The notes beneath the pieces were generated by a model that was not told where the DNA came from, ran no database searches, and saw nothing but the letters and a program-made list of their open reading frames with translations. Position numbers and translations under genes: made by a program. A stretch of DNA of 64,000 bases from Diplonema japonicum (taxonomy: Eukaryota; Protista; Euglenozoa: Diplonemea), in NCBI GenBank assembly GCA_964019335.1, contig OZ025656.1, forward strand, positions 310,001 through 374,000, in the 5' to 3' direction. Of this stretch, positions 55,345 through 64,000 are shown piece by piece (within the stretch, counting starts at the first letter, position 1; each line of letters starts with the position of its first letter).

Positions 55345-56571
55345 ATGGATGACTACGAAGTAGGTGACGTGCTGGGGAAAGGGAGCTACGGCTGTGCGAA
55401 ACTGTGTGTGAGGAAAAAGGATGGTGCGGAGGTGGTGATCAAAGTGCTGCCGAATTTGAAACCGAAAGACATGCTGAACGCGCTCAAAGAAATCCACATA
55501 CTGGGGAGTCTAGGCCACCCAAATATCATCCGCTACTATAGCTCGTTTGAAGCACAGAGCTGCGTACAGATAGTAACAGAATACGCGGACAGCGGTGACT
55601 TGGCAGGGCTGATATCAAATAGAAGGAAAGAGGGGGGGCATGGTACAACGGAGTTGGGCTTCAACATTATGATACAGACTCTGATGGCGTTGAGGCACCT
55701 TCATGGAAAGAGGATCCTTCACAGGGACCTGAAGCCTGCGAATATTTTTCTCACGAAGAAAACGATCGTGAAAGTCGGCGACTTCGGCGTTTCAACGGTT
55801 TTGCAGAGCAACACAAATTTAGCAAATACATTCTGCGGGACCCTTCACTACCTTAGCCCCGAAGTTTGCGAGGACAAACCGTACAACAACAAAGCAGATG
55901 TGTGGGCGGTTGGATGTTGCATTTACGAACTAATCTCATTGAAACGTGCTTTTGACTCAAAAGCGATGCTGGCGCTTGCCAATAAAATCATCAACGGTGA
56001 ACCGGACTCTTTACCAGATTCTACAGATGAAGGGCTTAAAACTGTTATTGAGTTGATGCTTACCAAGTCCGCTACGTTGCGGCCTAACGCTTCGAAACTA
56101 TTGGGAGATGCTATCTTGCGGGACGCGGTTTGCCATCTTAGCAAGGAGCTGTTTGTGGAAGACGAGTACACCATGTTTTATGGGAAGGAGATAGCTAAGG
56201 TGTTGGGGTTGAAACGAAGCACAGATTACCAAAAGGACCTGGCGGAAATGGAGGCCTGGGCCGCAAAGGACATCTTAAAGCTTGAGGAACAGGAGCAAAA
56301 CGTCGCATTGTCCATACTAAAAATGGGTTCCGCGTCACCGTCACCCGTGCCTACCCCAAGGTCCAGCAGCTCCAAGAGCAACCAAGCCCCGCCACCACTA
56401 GCAAACCACGATCATCGCCAGCTTGCTGACGACGTGTCCAAGCTCCTCGCCGCCAAAGAAGCTGAACTCAACAGCAGGCATCAATCCCCATCATTTGACG
56501 AACCCTCAAGGGACACCGCGGAAGACTTCACAGACACTGTCTGTATCTATACACCCTTGCGTCCTAGGTAA
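55345..56571 (+). CDS. NEK (NIMA-related) Ser/Thr kinase
   Basis: LGKGSYG, EYADSGDL, HRDLKPANIFL, GDFG, PYNNKADVWAVGC. Confidence 0.92.
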   Translation: MDDYEVGDVLGKGSYGCAKLCVRKKDGAEVVIKVLPNLKPKDMLNALKEIHILGSLGHPNIIRYYSSFEAQSCVQIVTEYADSGDLAGLISNRRKEGGHGTTELGFNIMIQTLMALRHLHGKRILHRDLKPANIFLTKKTIVKVGDFGVSTVLQSNTNLANTFCGTLHYLSPEVCEDKPYNNKADVWAVGCCIYELISLKRAFDSKAMLALANKIINGEPDSLPDSTDEGLKTVIELMLTKSATLRPNASKLLGDAILRDAVCHLSKELFVEDEYTMFYGKEIAKVLGLKRSTDYQKDLAEMEAWAAKDILKLEEQEQNVALSILKMGSASPSPVPTPRSSSSKSNQAPPPLANHDHRQLADDVSKLLAAKEAELNSRHQSPSFDEPSRDTAEDFTDTVCIYTPLRPR

Positions 56572-56695
56572 GGGATTATTATTATTATTATTATTATTTT
56601 TTTTTTTTTTTCCGTACAATTTTTTTTTTTTTTTTTTTCCGAAAAAAAAAAAAATTTCCCCAGGTTCAAAAAAAAAAAAAAAAAAAAAAAAAAGC

Positions 56696-57538
56696 ATGAA
56701 AATGGGCGGTCTCGCGAATTCCTTCAGGGTGTGGTTTTACCAGTCTTCTTTGTACAGGAGAAGGGTGTGGGTGTCGTTGTTTCTGGCGGTTATGTTGATC
56801 GTGAAGCTGCTCTCTGTGAGGAATGAGTTTTGCTTCGAATCGAGGAACAAAATGCAGGTGATGTTGATGAACGTGCACTCCGCAATGAACGAGGGCGGGA
56901 CGGAGTGGTGGGTGGACTACGGGACCCTCTTGGGAGGCGTAAGGGAAGGAAGGCTAATCGAACACGAATACGACCTTGACCTGGGCATCCCCGCCAGCGC
57001 CGCCGCGATCCTAGGGACGAAAAAAGCCATGTTTGAAAAGCACGGGATAACCCTGTACACCAGAAATGACTACATTGCTTCAAAGTCAAAACTTACGTAC
57101 GATACTCAAGAAGGAAAGTTCACCTTTTCAAGTGGTTACATTCACTCACCCTGCCTCCGTCTTTATGGTAAACAGGGGTATTTCACTGATATTTACTGTT
57201 ATTCTTACATTCCAGTCACCGCAGCACGGACAAGGGTTGCCGTCGGAGATTTCATCAATCTTCCAAAGCACGGGAAGCAAAGCCTTCCTTACGACCTTCA
57301 GTCGGAAGCTGCCGAAGGGCTTCTCTGCTGCGACACTGCTTTGAATAAGAGGCTTGACGAAGGAACAGGTTGTTTAATGAAATCGACGCTCTACCCACTG
57401 AAGAGCGTTACTATCTACGGGAAAACATTCCCTGCCCCAAACGACCCTGAAGGGTATCTCAAAGAGTATTATGGTAAGGAATGGCGCACCCCTATTACAA
57501 AAGGTGTACGCGGGCCTATTTGCTACCTTCATGCATGA
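56696..57538 (+). CDS. LicD/fukutin-family nucleotidyltransferase-fold protein, type II membrane
   Basis: TM anchor; DYGTLLGGVREG...YDLDLG; PAPNDPEGYLKEYYG.EWRTP. Confidence 0.88.
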   Translation: MKMGGLANSFRVWFYQSSLYRRRVWVSLFLAVMLIVKLLSVRNEFCFESRNKMQVMLMNVHSAMNEGGTEWWVDYGTLLGGVREGRLIEHEYDLDLGIPASAAAILGTKKAMFEKHGITLYTRNDYIASKSKLTYDTQEGKFTFSSGYIHSPCLRLYGKQGYFTDIYCYSYIPVTAARTRVAVGDFINLPKHGKQSLPYDLQSEAAEGLLCCDTALNKRLDEGTGCLMKSTLYPLKSVTIYGKTFPAPNDPEGYLKEYYGKEWRTPITKGVRGPICYLHA

Positions 57539-58061
57539 AAAATATACAATTTCTTATTATTTTTTCCCCATTTTTATGCCGATTGAAAATCCGCTTTTTT
57601 TTTTTTTTTTTTTTTTTTTTTTGGAACAGCCGGCTATCGTCTTCGTGAATGCGGCCTTCAAATTTCATGTGGTTGATTTTTTTTTTTGGGTGGGGGTGCT
57701 TATCCCCCCCCATGTTTATTTTATATGAAGGGTGGTCCTCGAGTGGGATTTGCCCTTAAACATCGCCTTTATACTTTATCATGTCTCCCTTTTGACTTAA
57801 CTTCGTTACGACTTTTATGTATAACGGGAACAGGTCTAGTCACTGACTTGTCTATTCAAAAGGGGTTTTGCAGATTATAAACCTTCTAATTACAGGTTTT
57901 TACCCCCCTCCCCCACTTTCCCCCCACTTATTTTTGTTCACTCTATTTCAACTCTAACCGCTTCATTTTTATTTTATTTTTTCCTTTCCTTTCCCTTTTT
58001 TTTTTTTTTTTTTTTTGGTTTTTCGGCACCAATCATTTTTTTTTCTTAATCCTTGCCTCGT

Positions 58062-58093
<32 letters not shown>

Positions 58094-58222
58094 CGAAAAA
58101 GCAAAATAAAATTTGGTCGGTCTGCATTTTTCGAAAAAGAAACCACTCATCATTACCCAACGAGGGGGGGGGGAAACATTTCCACCACTTCATGATCGGG
58201 CTTGCAAGATCACAACATACAA

Positions 58223-58255
<33 letters not shown>

Positions 58256-58745
58256 GAAAAAGGCCTTCGGGTGAGAGACATTTCTTCAAAAGGGGGAAGG
58301 TTCTCTAGCTATCCCGCACCCCTTTTAAATTTTCCTGAAAACCCGCAAAACTCTTTTTCCCTTTCTTTTTTTAGGCGATCCTGTCACATACTGCAGGTTC
58401 CCTCAAAGACATCTTTTTTTTCGTCAGTCCTTCGACCCGACTGAAGCCAATGGAAAAAAAAAAGAGGGGGGAGGACAGATTGATGAGTAGTGGAACAAGA
58501 GATTATGGCATCCTGGAAAAAAAAAAAAAAAAAAAAGAGGGAAAAAAAAAATATCGCAAGACTGTGCAGCAGAATTCCTTTAAAAAAAAAAAAAAAACAA
58601 AAAAAAAAAAGAGTCGGTTGATTATTTTGCGTGTGCACAGCAGGCATTAACCTGTAGAAGGATGAAGCCCAACAATGCTACCACTGCTCTTTTTAGCACT
58701 AACAATTCATGATCAGATGTTCAATATATTGTTTTTCTTGTTCAT

Positions 58746-58787
<42 letters not shown>

Positions 58788-59977
58788 TATTAGGTTATAT
58801 TGGTAGCAAGTACCTCAAGGATTCTCAGCTTTTGTCTTTAGAAAAAAAAATTCCCCCCCACTTTTCCTCTTAAAACGAACGCTTTCGCTTGCCTCTCAAT
58901 TTAGTTTTATTCTCTTTTGATTCACGTTATCATTTTATTTTTTCTCTTTTTTAAATTCGCGGCGGGTTGGTGTCCACTCCGTCCAGGCAACTTATTTCCC
59001 GACGATCCTCAAAAATACATGAGGGGGGAGGGGAGGAAAAAAAAAGAAAAGTTTTATCCAAACAAAGGAGGAAAAAAAAAAAAAAAAGTGAATTCTTCTG
59101 TCACATCGTGAAATAATAATTCACTGAGTCGTGGACTTGAAAAAAAAAAAAGAGGGGGATACTTCCCCCCCCCCCCCCCCAATTCCGGAGTGCAGAGAAT
59201 GTGATAGTACTCACAACAGAAAGGCCCTCAAGGGAACTCCCACAAAAAAAAAGAAAAAGTGCTTTTTTTTTAATGGTTGAATGGGTTTTTTTTTGACAAT
59301 ACTACAAAGAAACACTATTTTTAAAATAAGAAAGAATAGAAATGAAAAAGAAAAAAAAGGAGGGGCTCTGCTACTTTATCAACGCCCATTATGCATCCAC
59401 TCTTTTTTTTTTTTTTTTTTTTTTTTGGAAATGCATCGCCGGCACTCACGGTTTCTTCAAGAGCCGTTATTTTTACAATTTTCTTTTCCAAAAGAAGCGC
59501 ACAGTGCTCAGAAAAGGCCTTCTTTTTTTGGGCGGGCCGTTGCTAACCACTTCGTTCTATCATAGTGAATTTCTTTCCCAGTCAAAGGTATTACCTCAAA
59601 AAGAGAGAACGCTTGGTGAGCCTGCCCCCCTCCCCCCCAATCATAAAGAAATGAAAAGTTTTTTTTTATCCTTAATTCTGTAAAGTTACATGAGGAAATT
59701 TATAAAGAGCCATAAAAATCAGAAATCACTTTACCGTTCACGAGTAAATGTAAAGTGAAGAATAAAGGTAAAGTAATAGGCCGAATTTGGCTTTAAAAAG
59801 TGCCGTAAATGTAAAGTAAAATCTGATTTTTACTCTGAGCAATTTTCGGGCTTTTTCGGTATTCGTCTTCATTTTTTGCATCTGGTGGCCGCTATTTCTC
59901 AGGTGTTGCTCTCCATGGCGGCCCTGCATTGGTATTTTGAAAAAAAAAAAAAAAAAAAAAAAAAAGTGGCCGCTAAC

Positions 59978-60056
59978 ACCACCGTAGGTCAGAGGTCAGG
60001 ACCCTCGGCCAGGGTTTCAGGGGCCGAGGGTTCAACCCCCGAGGGACCGTTTTTTT
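59978..60056 (+). pseudogene. tRNA-like Pol III cassette inside the Crypton-like element
   Basis: A box TAGGTCAGAGG with intact D stem GGTC/GACC, B box GGTTCAACCCC (60029), T7 run. Confidence 0.55.
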
Positions 60057-60269
60057 GACCCCGATTTTCGAAAAAAGTTCGGGGTCCAGGATTTGATCTG
60101 GCGTCTGGAGACGAGTGCGACGACATAACCACTGGGCTACGGCATGTTGCGCTTTTACAAACGTCGCTCGACACATACATTAATCGCCTCTCAAAATATG
60201 ACGAAATCCAACCAACCCAAACCAGAGTCAGGTATCTGAGGCAAAAAACAGTCAGGCATCCGAGGCAAA

Positions 60270-60459
60270 AGAGGCATAAACACACTTTACCACGTTTCCG
60301 GGCTACCAAGCATTACACCTGAGGCTGGCAAATGCCGAAAATTACACTGGCCATGCATACAGGCGTTCTTTTGCACAATACCTTGTTGATGAAGGAACCT
60401 GCTATTTTGGCTGGAAGTCAGACCTGATCAAGCCCCCGCGCAAAACCAGCAGTTTCTGA
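60270..60459 (+). pseudogene. Tyrosine recombinase C-terminal fragment
   Basis: RGINTL, a frameshift, then LRLANAENYTGHAYRRSFAQYLVDEG...FGWKS (HxxR and GW boxes); catalytic Tyr region lost. Confidence 0.75.
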
Positions 60460-62983
60460 AGAGCGATGATCAAGTGCCGACACAAATTACACAAAACCTA
60501 CAGAATTCTGTCAATTTGACATCGTCCTTCTCAGGCACTCAGGCTTAGTCTTGACATCAGTGTGAACATTTCGCAGAAGTGAACATACAGGGTTCACAGT
60601 GTCCGAAATTTCCTCATTTAACTTTACAAAAATTTTAAATAAGATCTTAAGTAAAATATCATACTAAATAAAAATCAGCCAGATTTTTACTCGGAATTTT
60701 TTTTTTTTTTCACTCGTTTTTTTTGAATTTCACTCGCTTCGCTCGTGAAATTCAACTACTCGTGGAAAAAAAAAAAAGATTCCTCGTAAAAATCAGGTAA
60801 TCTGATTTTTATTTAGTAAATAGTTATTACCCCTTCCCTTTATTTATCTAACCCCCCTGTCCCTTACACTTTTCTTTTTTCCCGGTGGGTTTTTGTCTAT
60901 AACACTCACTATGAAGAATCTGTATTCGGTATCAGTTTTAGGTTTTTTTTTTTTTTGTTTCTCCTAGAAAGTCAAAATAAAAAAAAAGGAAGGAGGGGAA
61001 CTCAGCCATGTGTGTTGCTCATATCTGTTTGTTGTCCATGCTTTTTTTTCCCCCCCTGTTATCAAGTAGATAGCGCTTGCGGGGGTGCCACTAACATTAT
61101 TGGCCTCCTTTATCTCTAATATCTTTTTTTTTTTTCCCCCGTCATTCAGGAAAGGGGGGGAAAAAAAAAGGAGGGAGGGGAAGAGTTACTTTCGATTTGT
61201 GCCACCTGTCAACTTCCCCACTCTTTCCTGAAGAGAAAAACTAAAAAGTAGGTGCACACATTTCCCAATATCCCCCCTTTTTTTTTTGGTATTTTTTTTT
61301 TCTTTTTTTTTTTTCCCTCTCTACTTTTCCCTTTATTTTTTTTCCCCCCTGCATTTTGAAAAGGACTGTCCCAGTTTCTGTAAAATCTGGGGAGGGAAAG
61401 AGAAAAAAAAAGTAGCCATAGTGGCGTGCACAAATCTGTGTTCATCAGTAAAGCATGCTCACCACCACCACTCCCCAATGGCAATTTCTTTTTTTTTTTT
61501 TATGTAGGGGAGAGGGAAAAAAAAAAAAGAAGAAAAAATAAAATGGAGCAACTTGTCTCGTTTTGGTTTTTCGCGCGGGTAGAGGAAGAAGATGTAAAAA
61601 TAAAAATAAAATTTTGGAGGGAAGAAAAAAACACCCCAATATGTAGGTAATATTCCCTTGCTCTGGCACAAAACGAACAAGTTTTTGAGTTCTTAAGAAA
61701 AACCGGAAACCGGGGAAAAAAGATATCTTCAACTTTGTTTTTTTTTTTTTCCCCCGAATCCGACCTTTTTTTCCATTCTTTTTTTTCAAAAACAATGCTA
61801 TTTTTTTTTTCTTTTCTTTCTTTTTTTTTTTTCTAATCTGGTTAATACTGTGAGAATTTACAGTAAGGCAAAAGAAAAAAAAAAAAAAAAAAAAAAAAAG
61901 AGATTCCCCGAATCCTCCTTCCACCTTCTTCCCCCACGAGCACGTAGGTCTTCTACTTCCCTGCTGAAAGAATTTAAAAAGGGGATGACACCTGAAAACC
62001 TGCCGAAGAAATAGGGTCCCTGAATTAAATGTGCCCAAAAAAACCCTTCTTTTTTCTTCTCTAACCCACTAACTTTTTCAACCGAAGAAGAAAAAAAAAA
62101 AAGAAACGGTAGATGAACAAGGGAAAACAATTCTATTGTCACTACGCACTTTTTTTTAAAAAAAGATTTCTTTTTTTTGTAGGGTTAAACAACTGCACAA
62201 GCACATGCCAGAATTGGCTCTTTCTATTTTTTTATTTATTTTTTTTTTTAAATCGAGACGGAACACCTGTGGTTGTGCATCTTTTACCCTCTCACAGATA
62301 TTATTTGGCGGGCCGTTGCTAACCACTTCATTCCTATCATAGTGAATTATTTATAGCACAATTGGTAACAGAGGAAGACACTAAAGGGAATGAGAAAGAA
62401 CAATGATTCCTGATGTGGAAGTTTCGCTTTTTTTTTTTTTTTTTTTTTTTTTTTATGCACAAATTATTCCTCTTCGTTTAGAATACCCACGTTTACCATC
62501 CGTTTTTTTCTTTTTTCTTTTTCCCTCCAATCTACCAAGAATGCGTATCCAACAGGAGAGTGGAACAAAAGGGGAGGAAAAACCATATCGGCTTTGTGCA
62601 CGCCCCCCCCCTTGCCTCATTCTATTTTTTTTCTCCCTCTTGTGTTCCTTCCTCTTTTTTTTTTTCTCTTCTCCCCATCCTTCCTTCCTTTCCTTTTTTG
62701 TTTTTTTTTCTCCTTTTTTCTTTTTTTTTTTTTAAAAAAATGGATCTTATAAACTTATAAAAAAGTAACTTGTGCCGAGCAAATAAAAAAAAAAAAAAAA
62801 AAAAAAAAGAGAGAAAAAAAAAATTTTTTTTTATACTCGTGCGAAACAGCGAAAGAATTAAGTAAATAAGGATTTTTTTTTTTTTTTTTTGTCAAAGTTT
62901 ATTTTTTTTTTCCCCCCCTCTCCCATATAAACAAAACAAAACAAAACAAAAAAAAAAAAAAAAACAGGGGGGGAGAAAAAAAA

Positions 62984-63576
62984 ATGTCAAAAATACTCCG
63001 AAGGACCGGACCGCTACTGTACCCTAAAATTGTTGCAGACAAGGTGCGTGGCCCGTTGGGAGAGCAAGCCCCATTGAGAAACCAAGGTACAGATTTGGAC
63101 TGGTGGCTATGGTTATGCCCCGATATCAGGCCGGAAGCACCAGCAAATAGAGGATTTGCGAGGACAAGACCTATGGTACCCCCTATAATCACTTCGAGGA
63201 TGACCCTGCGTAACATCTCAGAGCTCCACGTTCGTTACTGTCCTTTCTTGATCGGTGGGGACGAATCCGTGAACGGGAGCGTCCAGCAGGTTATCCACTA
63301 TCTCAACAGCTACGACTGTCGGAAAACGAATCCTAAGGCCGTCATCACCATCGAGACCACAACCGACTACCGCCCACCCGAGTACATCTTATATTTCAAG
63401 AGTGGTATCTCCTTCACCCTTCAAGAGTGGTCAGGGGCCACCGCATCTGAAATTATCCAGGCCCTTCAACGGCGGGAATACGAAGAAACCGCTGACTGCA
63501 TCGCTAGAGACGAAGAAATCGACACGTTTCACTGGGACGAGAGCTTCGATCAGGTGTGTATCATCATTGGAAGGGG

Positions 63577-63611
<35 letters not shown>

Positions 63612-63711
63612 TTTGCTGCACATTCCGTACGTGTTGGAATACCACAAGAACCGACCTATTTTGAGTAACTTTAAGAAGAGATTAAAAGCTTGGAAACTCA
63701 TTAAAAAATAA
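62984..63711 (+). CDS. Mitochondrial ribosomal protein mL53-like; intron 63554-63609
   Basis: LHVRYCPF...RKTNPKAVI...YFKSG resembles the mL53 thioredoxin-like fold; basic N-terminus; GTGTGT..poly(A)-AG intron. Confidence 0.65.
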
Positions 63712-63834
63712 AGGGGTTTTTTTTGAAGGGGGGGGATAGTGTTGTAATTGCGTATATTCTCCCCCCCCCCCCCTCCCTCTTTTTTTTTTAAATTTCTCAC
63801 GGGAAGAAAAAAAAAGGATGCAAAAACAAAAATA

Positions 63835-64000
63835 ATGAGACTCCCTGACCTGTGTATAGCCTCATCATCGGTGTCGAAGAAGAAGGAGGGCCTGACTGGG
63901 GGGGTGAAGGAAAAACGCAAATTCTTGAAACTCCGAAACGACCGTCCCATTCCAAAACCTACAATGCTTCCGCCAGTACAACGGAAGAAATATGTTAACG
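63835..64000 (+). CDS. 5' end of a hypothetical protein running off the window
   Basis: ATG after an A-rich leader; frame open to the end of the window. Confidence 0.45.
   Translation, partial: MRLPDLCIASSSVSKKKEGLTGGVKEKRKFLKLRNDRPIPKPTMLPPVQRKKYVN

Larger units (their letters stand above)
59713..60818 (+). mobile_element. Crypton-like (tyrosine recombinase) DNA transposon relic
   Basis: YR fragment inside. TAAAAATCAG in inverted pairs at both ends (59713/59832; 60662-78/60802-18). 3' hairpin TTGAATTTCAC-TCGCTTCGCTC-GTGAAATTCAA. Confidence 0.75.
59531..62348 (+). repeat. Two dispersed copies of a ~41 bp non-coding motif
   Basis: GGCGGGCCGTTGCTAACCACTTCRTTC(C)TATCATAGTGAATT at 59531-59571 and 62307-62348. 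Confidence 0.85.

Noticed and set aside
58600-59245. Possible C/D or H/ACA snoRNAs among short hairpins
   Set aside because: No convincing paired C and D boxes or guide complementarity identifiable by eye.

Overview
Eukaryotic nuclear DNA, most likely from a diplonemid (Euglenozoa). This is inferred from a euglenozoan-type HSP90, a kinetoplastid/diplonemid-type class III cyclase, a PSP1 protein, about 28 host genes all on the + strand (polycistronic-like) and frequent short cis-introns. Non-coding DNA is dominated by A/T/C/G homopolymers. Recognisable genes: HSP90, proteasome alpha6, two NTF2-RRM (G3BP-like) paralogues, two tandem single-domain WCGHC thioredoxins, carboxylesterase, FLVCR-type MFS, LPAAT-type acyltransferase, PhoD, NEK kinase, LicD, an NPPF methyltransferase, an mL53-like protein and a degenerate FANCM-like helicase. 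Nine 34-58 nt GT-AG introns were reconstructed by eye; several have poly(A) rather than polypyrimidine before the AG. Five DNA-transposon-type elements are visible: a DDD/E-transposase relic inside an intron, two abutting MITEs, a 2.1 kb TIR element and a Crypton-like tyrosine-recombinase relic. The most unusual signal is that two unrelated elements carry degenerate tRNA-like Pol III cassettes (A box, B box, T-run) near their ends. Two strongly base-paired non-coding islands (about 17.1 kb and 24.1 kb) are candidate ncRNAs. All calls are by-eye motif recognition; no database search or folding program was run.
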